From Octopus vulgaris (Eukaryota): DNA of 64,000 nucleotides. The notes beneath the pieces were generated by a model. That model saw nothing but the letters and a program-made list of their open reading frames with translations, ran no database searches and was not told the origin of the DNA. Both the position numbers and the translations under genes were made by a program. Where the stretch lies: positions 39,866,001 to 39,930,000 of the forward strand of contig OX597818.1 of the NCBI GenBank assembly GCA_951406725.2. Reading direction: 5' to 3'. Shown piece after piece: positions 50,318 to 64,000 of this stretch (position 1 is its first letter; each line of letters starts with the position of its first letter).

Positions 50318-50770
50318 AGTGGCACCAGCACAGGTGCTTTTTACATGACAATGACATAAATGCTTTTTATGTGGCACCAGCACAGATGCTCTTTATGTGA
50401 CACTGGCACACATGGTTTTCACATTGCAATGGCACACATGCTTTTTATGTGGAACCAGCACAGATGCTCTTTATGTAACACTGTCTCATATGGTTTTCAC
50501 ATGGCAGTGATGTAAATGCTTTTTATGTGGCTCCAACACAGATGCTCTTTATGTGACGCTGGCACATATGGTTTTCACATTGCAATGGCACACATGCTTT
50601 TTATGTGGCACCACCACAGATGCTTTATACGTGGCAGTGACATAAATGCTTTTTATGTGGCTCCAACACAGATGCTCTTTATGTGACACTGGCTCATATG
50701 GTTTTCACATTGTAATGGCACACATGCTTTTTAAGTGGCACCAGCACAGATGCTTTTTACATGGCACAAT
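50318..50770 (-). repeat. ~24-bp minisatellite derived from an RTE 3' UTR hairpin unit
   Basis: tgctttttatgtggcaccagcaca variants tandemly repeated inside RTE tail 50145-50800. Confidence 0.9.
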
Positions 50771-51113
50771 TACCAGTACCATCACCAAGAAACCTGCAAG
50801 ACAAAGACCTCTCATTTGAGAGAGGGAAGGATCAATTACAATAAATAAATATGAGCTCTTTTATAATGAATTGGTTCCTGTAATCTTTTGTTTTTAGAAA
50901 TGTATAGAACTATAAGCTGGTCTAAGCCTTGAAAGTATTGTTAATCCTCAAAGATGGTCGGAAAGTACAGCAAAATTTTGTGACTATATCAACCAAGATG
51001 AGGACACTTATTTAAATGTATCAGTGTATGATAATGATAATTTCTCATCTCAGAAATTCAGGTATCAGTTAGAAATCTTTATTATTTATCTTAGGAAGGG
51101 TTTTTTTGTAGAT

Positions 51114-51510
51114 AGGCATGACTGAGTGGTAAGAAACTTGCTTTCCAACCACATGGTTCCGGGTTCAGTCCCACTATGTGGCACCTTGGGCAAGTGACTT
51201 CTACAATAGACTTGGGCCAACCAAAGCCTTGTGAGTGGATTTGGTAGATGGAAACTGAAAAAGCTTGTCGTATATATGTGTGTGTGTGTGTTTGTATCTG
51301 TGTTTGTTCCCGTATCACCACTTGACAACTGGTGTGTCTACATCCCCGTAACTGAGTGGTTTGGCAAAAAGAGACTGATAGAATAAGTACCAGGATTCTC
51401 GAAAAAAATGTAAGTCCTGGGGTCAATTTGTTTGACTAAAACCCTTCAAGGCAGTGCTCCAGCATGGCTGCAGTCAAGTGACTGAAACAAGTAAAAGGAT
51501 AAAAGAATAT
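51114..51510 (+). mobile_element. SINE family A
   Basis: Collinear with 40112-40535. Confidence 0.85.
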
Positions 51511-52471
51511 TATTTAAAAGTAATATGCAAAATAAGTGGTTTCCTTTTTCTCTTTAACTGTAATGAGATCTACAGAATGGTAAGAAATAAGCGAGATTGT
51601 CTTTTTTAATTAGGAAATATCAATGTTGTAAGGTATTATTCTCGAAAAGTTAAATGGCAGTTAGTATATACTCCACAGAGGAAAGAAAGAAAATCTTTAG
51701 CATTGATGACAAATTCTGAACAAGAAAGTCAAGGGACACAACTCTGGGCTCCAAATTAATTAGACAAAAGAGCTTACAGTGAAGAATGAGTCTGACCTTG
51801 TGCATTAATGAGTGCAATTAAGTAGGTGTTAAGATGCTAATTTGAGCCCCCCACCACCGCAACCAAATTTTAGTTACTCAAAATGAAGAGAAAAGAAATC
51901 ATTAGTTTTTAATTTACATTGAATAATTGTATCATATTTTACCACCCTTGCGAGTGGTACATGTATGATTACAGTATGGTTACTGTATGGTACATGTTGA
52001 TGGCTTAGATTACATAGCGCCACCCTGGAAAATTTGGAATTTCTTTGTATTCTTGCTTTCACCCCTTCTCCTCTTACCTCTATTAAAAGAATTTGGAGAA
52101 AAACTGCACACGTTTATGATTATCTGATATGTTGTTGTTATACTAGTTTGATTTTAAATTTCCTGAAATTCTTTAAATTTCTTGAAATTGTCGCATTCTT
52201 TGTGACAAAGAACATTGGATTGAATGTGTTGCAGTATTTGTTGTGACATTTGCTCTGAGTTCAACTTTGCCTTTCATCCTTTTGATGAAAAAATTCTAAT
52301 CTAGGATGCAAAGTTATCTTTTATCTTTGACTTGTTTCAATCATTGGGCTGTGGCCATGCTGGGGCACTGCCTTGAAGGGTTTAGTTGAACAAATCAACT
52401 GCAGAACTTATTTAATTTTCAAGGCTGCAGTCAAATGACTGAAACAAGTAAAAGAATAAAAGAATATATAT

Positions 52472-52865
52472 AGGCGTAGGAGTGGCTGTGTGGTAAGTAG
52501 TTTGCTTACCAACCACATGGTTCCGGGCAAGTGTCTTCTACTATAGCCTCAGGCCGACCAAAACCTTGTGAGTGGATTTGGTAGACGGAAACTGAAAGAA
52601 GCCCGTCATATGTATGTATATATACATGTGTGTGTGTGTGTTTGAGTGTCTGTCCTTATCCCCCCCCCCCCCAACATCGCTTGACAACCGATGCTGGTGT
52701 GTTTACGTCCCCGTCATTTAGCGGTTCGGCAAAAGAGACTGATAGAATAAGTAGTAGGCTTACAACGAATAAGTCCTGGGGTCGATTTGCTCGACTAAAG
52801 GCGGTGCTCCAGCATGGGCACAGTCAAATGACTGAAACAAGTAAAAGAGTAAAAGAGAGTAAAGA
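52472..52865 (+). mobile_element. SINE family A
   Basis: Collinear, with a small deletion in the head. Confidence 0.9.
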
Positions 52866-53349
52866 GTATATACATATATACGTATATGTACACATACACC
52901 CACACCCACACATGTATGCACGATATGCTTTTTTTTCAGTTTCCATCTATGAAATTTACTCACAAGGCTTTGGTTAGCCTGAAATTATAATAGAAGACAC
53001 TTCCCCAAGGTGTCACACAGTGGAATTGAACCCATAACTCCGTAGTTGGGAAGCAAGTTTATTTCCATTCAGCCTGTGGAGCTATAAGAAATTTGAATAG
53101 GAAGCCTTGTGGTATTTGTTCTAGCTCCTTGCATTCTGAGTTCAAATCCTGCTGTGGTCTGCTTGGATAGCTGACTTAATCTAACACCCATTTTGGTATA
53201 ACTACCTGGCATTTTAGGTGCCTTTAGGACACCCAACACAGTTACAAGCTAGGCCTTTGGTTTGAAAATAACTTCCTCTATCTCTCACCTGTCTTGGAGG
53301 TAAGGGTTTTGTTTTCTTTCTTCATTTAAGAGTCAACATTCATCTAGGG

Positions 53350-54185
53350 CAGTGTTCCTTAACCATGGACCCTTTTGACCCGTGTTTTCCTAGGATGAGC
53401 CCTCCTAAGTTATTTGATGCATATGGACAAGGACAGCTGTGTAAAGAAGTGCCGATCTCTAACCATGGAGGGAATCTGTGGAAAAGGTAGACCCAGGAAG
53501 ACATGAGGTGGTGAAACATGATCCTTGAATGTTAGGTCTCATGGAGGCAGTTACTAGTGACTGAGACCATTAGCGATATGCTTTGCATGAGAAGACTGGT
53601 CAAGTCAAATGAAATTGTAGTCATGGCTGTTGCTGGTGTCATATAAATGGCACCTGTGAAATTGTAACTGTGACTGTTTCGGATAGCATGATTTTCGAAT
53701 GTAGGGCCTCACAGAGGCAAGGACGAGGTAGTGAAGCATGACGTTTGAATGTTGAGCCTCACAGAAGTGATGACAAGTGACTGAGACCTTGGCGATATGG
53801 GGTGCTTGAGAAGACAAGTTAAGCAAAGTGAAACTGTTGTCGTGGCTATTGGCACCCATGCTGGTGGCCTGTAAAAAGCATCCATTACACTCTTGGCGTG
53901 GTTGGCATTAGGAAGGGCATCCAGCCATAGAAACCATGACAAATCAGACTGGAACCTGTTGCAGCTCTCCAGCTTACCAGTTCCAGTCAAACCCATGCCA
54001 GTATGGAAAGTGGACGTTAAATGATGAAGGTGATATTTTTGTAATTAAATATTATTAGGAATTGTTTAAAAAAATTATATTTTGTGTATTGTAGAAGTTT
54101 AATAAATTTATTGTTGATAAATTTTAACAAAAAAATCTTGTATGGATCTCCAGAGGGCTACATAGACTCTGGTTGAAAACCACTA
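53350..54185. mobile_element. hAT (Charlie-like) MITE interrupted by RTE 3' fragments (about 53420-54030)
   Basis: cagtgttccttaacc ... ggttgaaaaccact; imperfect 8-bp TSD atctaggg / atctagaa. Confidence 0.65.
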
Positions 54186-54349
54186 ATCTAGAATATTAAC
54201 CGGCTGTATTTCTTGGGTGTTAGACTTAATGTGTTGCCCAGGTTAACATCACCACCTGTTTCTCATTCACAAGCATTCGAACCAGCATTTTGGTCGCACA
54301 AGAAAAATTAGTTTTCTTCTTAGTCATGTGAGAAAAAGGAAAAGACACA

Positions 54350-55720
54350 AAATAACAAACCCTACCCGGCCGCACCCCACCGCTAAAAAAAAAACACCCC
54401 AAAAGAACTCCTACCCGAACTAGGGTACTGCAGAGAAAGAAACTCGAGTTTCGAAGTCATTGTTTCTCTGTAACAGATTAAGTAAAAGCGGATTAATTCT
54501 TTATTCAATTTCCCATTATTTGGTAATTTTTTTTAGTGGATTTAAACTAGATAATGCTTTAAAACAGTAAAACATGTATATATGATAACTTCCAATTTTA
54601 TCGATATAACTTCAATAATTTTATCCAAGCGAGTCAAAGAAAGCTCAGTCGAAACCGAAAAAAGAAAAAAAAACCCCAAACACCAGGAAAATGTCTAAAT
54701 ATTTATAAAAGGCAAATTTATCCGAAGTATAATATAAGTAAAAAAAAAGAAAATCTAAACAAAAAGAAGTTATGTTAACCAGAAAATATAGGTTTGGCGA
54801 TAGAAAATATGAGATATAAAACAGAAAGTAAATTTAAATCTACATAAAAGACGCATTAATAAAGTTTTAAAAACGTGTTGTCATTTTTTGATGAGGGAAT
54901 AAATTAACTAAAGTATTGCCGACGCTAAGAGAAAAAACTTTGGAGGAGTAGATGGGACAGGGTAAAATTGGAATATACATATATATATAGTGGTCAGAAG
55001 AGCTGAAAAAAAGAGAAAAGAGAGATGAGAGAGAAGCTGGAATAACGAAAAATAAGACAGCGCGAAAGAGTACGACATGGCAGGAAGGATTTGCAGGGGG
55101 TAAAAACCAAGTAAGAAAGAGAATAACCAGGGAGAGGGAGAGAGACAAATAAATATGTGTAAGAGATAACTGTGACATAGAGAAAGAATTGTCTGGTAAA
55201 CAGCTCTTTAAGAGAGAAGCTTAGGATATTAGAGAGAGGGGTACTAATAAAGATAGATATGTGTTTATGAGAGAGAGAGAGGTGCATCGTAGAAAGAGAG
55301 GGCGAGGGAGGAAGGGAAAAAAGGAAGAGAATGTACGTAGGAGAGAAGGAGGGAGGGAGAAAATAAAGAAGGAAAGAGGGCTGCGGGGGGGAAAGAGAGA
55401 AAGTATATAGAGTGATGAAGAAAAAAGAAAGAAAGGTAGGATCTTAGAGAGAGTGAGGGGAGGAGAAAAAAGAGAGAAGTAAATCAGAGGGAGTGAGAGG
55501 GGGATGGGGAGAAATTAAATAAGAGAGAGAGAGACAAAGAGAGAGTGAGTGAGGGACGGGGAAAATGAGGAAAAACGTGATTAGATGGTAGATGACAAAA
55601 TAAATAGGACATAGGAGTGTCGGTGAGGCACCGAAGAGAGAGAGAGAGAGGGTGAAAAAGTTTTGTCAACCGGTGCGGACATTTCTACAAACTTTAAGTT
55701 CGACGTCCTCGTATTTTGTA
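54350..55720 (-). promoter_or_regulatory. Possible promoter/first exon with a long CT-rich leader
   Basis: Transposon-free, locally CpG-retaining stretch; polypyrimidine tract on minus strand at about 55000-55660. Confidence 0.3.
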
Positions 55721-56211
55721 TATAATATATATAAGCCCATGTATATATTGTATATATAAGATGTGAGAAGGGATTTTATGGCATACTTAAAGCATTTTAA
55801 AGTGGTTAAAGCTATCTAAATTCACTCGGAAATTATACATTAGCATCTTTTTAATTCACACTTGTTAATGCAACTTGTCTAAATAGTTCTACATTCTACA
55901 TAAACATACACACATGCTTGTGTGTGTTTATCAAGCACGGTGAGTGATTTGAAAATGTTACTTTTTAAAACACTACACACATATACGCATACATGCAAAC
56001 AAAGCTTCATTGATATAATATATATATATTCCTTATAAAGGCTGTAGTTGATTTGTATTTTTTTCTCTCTTTAAATTCAAATTCATATAAAAAGGTAAAT
56101 GTTCAGATCGTTATAAAACTTTTCTGATATAATAATCACTGAATACTGCACTACTGAGTAATTGTGTGTATGTGTATATATATTTATTTGTGTATGTGTA
56201 TATATATTTAT

Positions 56212-56238
<27 letters not shown>

Positions 56239-56242
<4 letters not shown>

Positions 56243-56382
56243 CTGTAGTCAATAAGTTATTTTTGTTTTGTAATTTCACATTGATCCATAGATATCTAGA
56301 ACGTTTTAAAGACTTTTTTGTTTGTATAATAGTGTTTAAACTATGTAAACTACACTCACTGGACACTACATTACTTAGTAAC

Positions 56383-56433
<51 letters not shown>

Positions 56434-56904
56434 GCTGTAGTCAATAAGTTATTTTTGTTTTGTAATTTCACATTGATCCATAGATATCTAGAACGTTTTA
56501 AAGACTTTTTTGTTTGTATAATAGTGTTTAAACTATGTAAACTACACTCACTGGACACTACATTACTTAGTAACCATATATATATATATATATAATAGCT
56601 GTAGTCAATAAGTTATTTTTGTTTTGTAATTTCACATTGATCCATAGATATCTAGAACGTTTTAAAGACTTTTTTGTTTGTATAATAGTGTTTAAACTAT
56701 GTAAACTACACTCACTGGACACTACATTACTTAGTAACCATATATATATATATATATATAATAGCTGTAGTCAATAAGTTATTTTTGTTTTGTAATTTCA
56801 CATTGATCCATAGATATCTAGAACGTTTTAAAGACTTTTTTGTTTGTATAATAGTGTTTAAACTATGTAAACTACACTCACTGGACACTACATTACTTAG
56901 TAAC

Positions 56905-56953
<49 letters not shown>

Positions 56954-57094
56954 GCTGTAGTCAATAAGTTATTTTTGTTTTGTAATTTCACATTGATGCA
57001 TAGATATCTAGAACGTTTTAAAGACTTTTTTGTTTGTATAATAGTGTTTAAACTATGTAAACTACACTCACTGGACACTACATTACTTAGTAAC

Positions 57095-57139
<45 letters not shown>

Positions 57140-57280
57140 GCTGTAGTCAATAAGTTATTTTTGTTTTGTAATTTCACATTGATCCATAGATATCTAGAAC
57201 GTTTTAAAGACTTTTTTGTTTGTATAATAGTGTTTAAACTATGTAAACTACACTCACTGGACACTACATTACTTAGTAAC

Positions 57281-57333
<53 letters not shown>

Positions 57334-57474
57334 GCTGTAGTCAATAAGTTATTTTTGTTTTGTAATTTCACATTGATCCATAGATATCTAGAACGTTTTA
57401 AAGACTTTTTTGTTTGTATAATAGTGTTTAAACTATGTAAACTACACTCACTGGACACTACATTACTCAGTAAC
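56239..57474. repeat. Satellite: seven near-identical ~144-bp units separated by variable (TA)n
   Basis: Unit starts at 56239, 56431, 56595, 56761, 56951, 57137, 57331. Confidence 0.97.
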
Positions 57475-58065
57475 CATATACATATATATATATATACACA
57501 TACACACAGACATAGATAGTTCCACAAAATGAAGGAGTTAATTGCTGTCAATTATGTGACACATTTTCCAGTGACGGCTACCCACATTTTCGTTTTGTCT
57601 TTGTGCTTTTTCACGTCTGTTTTCTATATACTTCACACAATGGGTTTAAATCGACACTTATTTTATATTGTTTTTATTCATAATCTAATTGCATGTCAAA
57701 GATCTTAATTGACATTTCTGTGCTACGTGTTTACTTCCATTCTCTTTGTAACGTGTTTGTTATTTTGTTTTTCTTGTTTATTATTTTTATTTGTTGTGGT
57801 TGTTTAGTCTCACATAGTCCTCATCTAGCAGTCCTATGATCAGAGACATTCCAGTCATGACCACCCTATCTTTCACTCAAGCTTGATATAAGACTGCATT
57901 ATCCAATGTGTCCTTCTTTTGGCGGGTTTTCGTTTAGACTGTAACGTATAATTTCAAAGCGATTTGGCTGCTATTTTTAATAGGTTGATCAGTAATGTCG
58001 AGAGGTTTTGTTGTTGAATCATATTTCTAATTTTAAAAATTTATTTTGATAAAACTGTTTGCTAC

Positions 58066-58118
<53 letters not shown>

Positions 58119-58151
58119 GTGTGTGTGTGTAAAGAATAAAAAGTTTTGAAT

Positions 58152-58185
<34 letters not shown>

Positions 58186-59970
58186 GAACATTTATCTTAT
58201 ATAAGTATATATCCATATCTTCCACTCCTGAATGTTCAAAGAAAACTCTGTTGTACTCTTATATTTCTCTATATAATGTTTACTTGTTGATTTAATTAGT
58301 CGACCGACCATCCTTCCTAAAAGTTGCGTCCCGCTCTAAAAAAAAAAAGTTTTCTCTGTACAGACAGCTGCTCATTCATTATTCAGCAACTCGCCTCTTT
58401 TGCTTTGCCAGTATTGTGTTGTCACCAACGAGGGAATCTCTACGCAGTGTATAGGCCTTTCTGAAATAGCAGCAGAATTTCCATCAAATCACACGCTCTG
58501 GTCTTCAAGGGTACATTGAATAATAATAATCTTGGACATACAAAACGATACCATGGTCACATGCTAACCTTGGGCTGAAATAGAGTTCCGTCTTGGTGGC
58601 TATAATTGCTTTCTCTACGTCAACGCCAGTCAACAAGGTCCTGTGTGCTAAAAATAGCAGCCTAGTATCTTTCAAATCATATTCTGGTGTTTCTGTAAGG
58701 AATATGTTATATAAATATTCCTGTAGAATAGAGTCGGAAACCAGTGATTTCTTCGGATTTGTATATTTTAAGTAAGCTTCGCTGATTACAAATGAGTAGA
58801 ACAATTTATGGGTATTTTTGCTCTTCCTCATTTCCGTTAATTTTCAATTTTGACATGTTTAGGTTTTTGTTTTTTGCTCGAATTTACAAAAGTAATTTTT
58901 AAAAAAATCATATGTTTAAAACATTAAATCTGGGGAAAATAATCTAAAGAAAAACAAAACTGAAAAGTCACTGGAAAAACTGTGCTTCTCTCCTCGTCAA
59001 TATGTTATTTTTTATGTTCTTAGTTTACAATACTTTAAACATTACAACTTTTGTATCTTGATAAATTCCGACTCTATTGTATAGGGATGCCCATTAGATA
59101 CCCAATGCCTGAAGACAATGACAGGATGGTCTCAAATAGAAAGCATTTGATCATGTCTGCTCGCTCAGGACTGATCTAGAGTTAAGCAACAGCGCTGTAC
59201 GTCCATAACCACTATAGCACCACCACCTTCATCATCAGTACTACGATTATTACCACCTTGTCACATCTTCAACCTGCTCCACAGAGCCTGCTTTTTATAT
59301 ACTATTTGATTTGAGTCAACGAAAGAGAATCTCTCAGTACTCGACCTGCTGGTAATAGCAAACAAATCCCTTTCCACTTCTCGAGAACTATACCTATTTT
59401 TCCTAAATAGGGAAAAGACAATCAATAATGTTGTTAAAGAACGGAGTGAAGATGTATTTAATCATAGGTCTTGCTGGATGTCTGGTTTGACCTGGTGTTA
59501 AAAAACAATAAGAATAGCACACTGGTTGCTCAGTCAAACTGTTTTGTCCAAATTACGTTTTCTTGAGTCAAGTTGCCTTAGATCCATGGATGAAGCTAAG
59601 CTGTTGGATAGATAGATAGAATGATAAATTACCCATCTGACCGATTTTTTCTGGGTGTCAGTCAAAATACTGTATTTTAATTATTTGGTTTTTAACTTTA
59701 AAAAAACAGAAGCCAAACTTTTGTTTACTGTACAGCTGACTGGTTATTCGTTGACTTCAAATAGCTGCTATAATATAATTCTGTTTTTGTTCTAAAAATA
59801 TGCGCACATGCACAAATACAAACACAAAAAAGAAAAATAATAAAAAAAAAGAAATGAAAATAGATGAAATTAGTTTTTCCTCTTTTATTTTATTTATTTA
59901 TATATTTTGCTCAAGTTTTTGGACTTAGATTAAATGTTGCAGTTAAATGTCAGGAAACAACCTCCTTCCC

Positions 59971-60030
<60 letters not shown>

Positions 60031-60129
60031 CTTTAGGTCTGCCTATAATGTGCGTGTGTATACAAGCACACACTTAGATAATTGAAAGTTTTGGCCGTAT
60101 CTAAGTTAACAGCACCACCTGGAGTACTT

Positions 60130-60950
60130 TTAAGTCATGTTTTAAGATATGGCCCACTTGAGTAGGGAGTTGTTTCACAAGATGTTTTTAGGTGTCAGTG
60201 GTTTGTTATTTCTTGGAGGGATTTGTCCATGTTCTGTTGGAATATTATGGGTCATTTTCTTCTGTGTTATCTTTTGGAATAATGTTGGATAAGACAGGAT
60301 CAGTTGAAACCAAAAGTTGTGTTGCATTGTTATGTGATGTAAGCTTGACTTTTTTTTGTAATGAGGCATTTTCGTTCTGGGGCCAAGTCTTGGGTGACAC
60401 GTATGAACTTGATACCACCAAGGTTTGGACTGTGTTGATGGAATACATTCCAGAATATATTGTGCAAATGATGTTGCGCTCAGTACAGCGTCGGAGAAAA
60501 TAAAGTTTGAGCTTTTTGGCGCGATGCCAATAGTCAAGGTCTGTCATGTCCTTTATTCTTTTTCTTTGATCGATCTCTGTATGCTTTAGTTCTTATAAGG
60601 ATTTTTTTTGTGTGTAGCGAGATAATAGGTGGCAGCAGAATTCAAAATGAAACCTGTTAAATGTAGAGAAGAGGAGGCTGATCTCTGATCTGGAGGGTTC
60701 TAAGGATCCTTGAGCACATTCTGCAGGCCATATCGACTGAATTGTTGATGTGTGCTTTCCAGCTAAGGTTGTCTGTATTTACAGTTAAGTCACTGATGTT
60801 ATTTGACATTATTAGGAGCATCACCCGAGGGAAAAGAAGGTTTTAAGCATATTCTCTTTCCTAAAGACGATGAGCTCACTGTCACATACTCCTTTGAGCA
60901 CAGTCAACTGTAAAATTTCTCATTTGTAAACGAATATCATCGTCATAATT
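60130..60950 (-). pseudogene. CR1-like LINE RT/C-terminal remnant
   Basis: LSWKAHINN...RILRTLQIRD...MTDLDYWHRAKKLKLY..RRTERNIIC...HPRLGPR. Confidence 0.75.
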
Positions 60951-61112
60951 GTAAACCAATTTGATTGCACTCCGTCGGTTACGACGACGTGGGTTCTGGT
61001 TGATCCAATCAAGGGGAGCAGTCTGACGTTGAATTAACGTGCAAGTGGCTGAGCAATCCAGACACGTGTATCCTTAACGTAGTTTTCGGGGGAAATACAG
61101 AGTACAGAATGT

Positions 61113-61512
61113 GGATCTTTTCGGTTTGAACGGCAGTTTTTCTAGCGGTGTCATATGAAATTGTCACCCATAATTATGACCCTTGTATCGATCTATTGCA
61201 TTTCAATCTGTGTTAGGGTTAGGGGTGGGGAAAGGGTATCTTTTTTTTCTTCACAAATGTAAATAAACCCAATCTGTTTCTTAAACGAGGGACATTCATA
61301 CGGCACGGAATGTTTTTTTACATCAATAGACGTTATTGATTGGTTGAAATTGCAGAAATTGAAGAAAAACAACAAATATCTTACAAGCTATAGAATTTTC
61401 TCAATAAAGCCTAGAGAAAAAGATGTTTTATAAGCATATTCTACCAGTATACGAAGTTTAAAAGTGTTTAGTTATGTGGAAATTATTTTAAAAAACTGCC
61501 GGTCAAACCGAA
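61113..61512. mobile_element. MITE with telomeric-like repeats, inverted copy nested in a SINE
   Basis: Same family as 10171-10590; right TIR truncated. Confidence 0.85.
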
Positions 61513-62769
61513 CAAAGGCTGGCCATTTGAAATACAGGTACTACTCATTTTTGCTAGGTGAGTGACTTAGTGGTTAGAGGTAGGTATCCGCCTCACGTTC
61601 GTAAGGTCGTGGTTTCCATTCCCGGCAGCGCAATGTATCCTTCAGCAAGACACTTCATCTCACGTTGCTCCAGTCCACTCAGTTGTAAATCAAAAGGACA
61701 ATCACAAAAGCAATGTCGTTTTTTTTTTTTTTACCTCCAATGTTTCCGTAAAAATATGTCTGGTCACGGGGGAAATATTACTTTGCTTTGAAATAGGCGA
61801 GAGTTTGTGACAGGAAGAGCATCTAGTGCTAGGAATCATGCCGCCAACGGATTATATTCGATTCATACGAATATGGAAAATTGGACATGAAAACGGTGAG
61901 GATATACTCACGCATATACAAACATCCATACATAGAAACATACGTGTGTACACACACACACATTTTATATACATATATCTACTTATATCTATACATGTGT
62001 GTATATAAGTACGTATATATATATATATATATATATAAATATATGTATGTGTGTGTATGTGTATATATGTGTGTGTATGTGTATATATGTGTGTGTATAT
62101 ATATATATGTGTATATATGTATATGTGTGTTTATATATGTATGTGAATGTGTGTGTATATATGTGTATGTATGTATATATATATATGTATACATTTATAT
62201 ATAAGCACTCCCCCCACCACATACACGTGTGTGTAAAACGAATAAGTGTTATTTTTCTCATAGACACATTAACATTTCACAGGCGAATCTTCGCACGCGC
62301 CTTCCCCATCTGTTTTTTAAGTCTGAGATGAATAGGACATGTGAATTCGTAATGTCTTGTCTTAGCAGTCGGTAGTTGACTGGTTATCCCCAATTATTTA
62401 TTTTTGTCGTCCGCAAGCTTTGGTATGGATGGAAATGAATGCCATAAATTGCTTCTTTTTGCGTCATTTGTGTGTGTGTGTATGTTTCAAAATTAATTCT
62501 TCCGTTTGTGCGGTGTGTGTACGATATGCCAATTGTTCCGTGCTTTTTAGCAACCCACGCACACAACCACATGAGCCATTCACAGACGTTCACATGTGTA
62601 TGAAAGTGGGCCTGCTGGATCCGTTTTGTTTGTACGAGTTACTAGGTACTTGGGGGGTGGGTGGCTTCACTTGGAAATTATAACGTCTGATGATGGAATT
62701 ATGTGTGTGTGTGTGTGTATATATACACGTATATATATATACAAAGGCACGGGTAAATACATATGTATG

Positions 62770-63135
62770 CATACTCTTTTACTTGTTTCAGTAATTTGAC
62801 TGCAGCCATGCTGGAGCACCGCCTTTAGTTGAGCAAATCGACCCTAGGACGTATTCTTTGTAAGCCTAGTACTTATTCCGTCGGTCTCTTTTTGCCGAAC
62901 TGCTAAGTTACGGGGACGTAAACACACCAGCATCGGTTGGCAAGCGATGTTGTTGTTGTTGGTGGTGGTGGGGGACAAACACAGATACACAAACACACAC
63001 ACACATATATATACATATATACGACTGGCTTCTTTCAGTTTCTGTCTACCAAATCCACTCACAAGGCTTTGGTCGGCCTGAGGCTATAGTAGAAGACACT
63101 TGCCCAAGGTGCCATACAGTGGGACTGAACCTGGA
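62770..63135 (-). mobile_element. SINE family A
   Basis: Reverse complement of the family. Confidence 0.9.
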
Positions 63136-64000
63136 TACATACACATATGCATATATCCTATCACATACACAATACATGATCATTCACAAATACTGAAAGA
63201 ATAAAGAATGCATATCCATTTATCTGAATCTTGCTAAATATTCTTTCACTTAGATACCTTGATTTTTTTATAGTTTAATACCTTATTAAATCCACACTAT
63301 ATATCTATCTTTGTTTCACTTATTGAACTGCAGCTATGCTCGGGCAGCTTCTTGATCCGATTCATACAAATATGAAAAATTTTCCCCACCCCCAATATTT
63401 GTTTCTTTAAGTTGGTGCTTATTCTGTCAGTCACTTTTTGCTGAACCGTTAGTTTATGGGGATGTAAACATACCAACACCGGGTGTGCAGCAATGACGGG
63501 GGACAAAACACAGTCTCATCACCACCATCATCATTTAACGTCCGTTGTCCATGTTTGAAGGCTGTACCACACTCCAGTCTGATTTGGCATGGTTTTCTAC
63601 GGCTGGATGCCCTTCCTAATGCCAACCACTCTGAGAGTGTAATGGGTAATTTTATGTGCCAATTTGCATGACACTGGTATCTGCCACCCACAACACACAT
63701 GTATACATGATGGGTTTCTTTCAGTTTTCATCTACCAAATCCACTCTCAAGGCTTTGGTCAGCTTAGGTCTATAGTAGAAGGCTCTTGCTGAAGGTGCCA
63801 TGCAGTGGGACTGAACCCAGAACTGAGACTGGGAAGCAAACTACAATGACTCTAAATAAATTTAGCTCAGAAGCCGAAAAGATTAATTACATGACTTGGC
63901 ACCCATGCCACTTAATCATATGAATGCCACAACATCACATTCTCTTATTGTCTATAAATTTAGAATCTTGACCATTTGTAAATATATGAAGACCACCACA

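Noticed and set aside
50916-51061. 48-codon open frame ending at CAG|gtatc, a possible plus-strand exon
   Set aside because: Preceded by an in-frame stop, weak AAG acceptor, no recognisable homology; cannot be supported without RNA data.
56239-57474. Repeat-spacer appearance resembling CRISPR
   Set aside because: Eukaryotic context, 144-bp repeats, and the spacers are just (TA)n.
58505-58831. 108-aa minus-strand ORF with ATG
   Set aside because: Overlaps decayed SINE-like sequence (ggctgctattt.tagca motif); no domain recognised.

Overview
Eukaryotic, AT-rich, repeat-saturated non-coding DNA. The SINE, RTE and microsatellite repertoire looks like an octopus (coleoid cephalopod) genome; this is recognised from memory, not by search. 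I found no intact host protein-coding gene, and almost all ORF-track entries are microsatellite or repeat translations. The window holds dozens of tRNA-derived SINEs, decayed RTE, CR1-like, Dong/R4-like and Penelope-like (PLE) retroelements, mariner/Tc1, hAT and piggyBac MITEs, Helitrons and satellites. It may also hold the 5' end of a minus-strand gene near 55.7 kb. The most notable signal is a set of short non-coding elements carrying type I hammerhead ribozyme (HHR) motifs. The best is a young 355-bp tandem dimer (16683-17465) with a U3:A8 compensatory-variant HHR at the tip of a long rod and a PLE-style inverted end, i.e. a retrozyme/circRNA-like element. A tRNA-headed SINE with an HHR-like tail (3330-3689) and several other HHR families are also present. 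All folds were assigned by eye and no activity is demonstrated.
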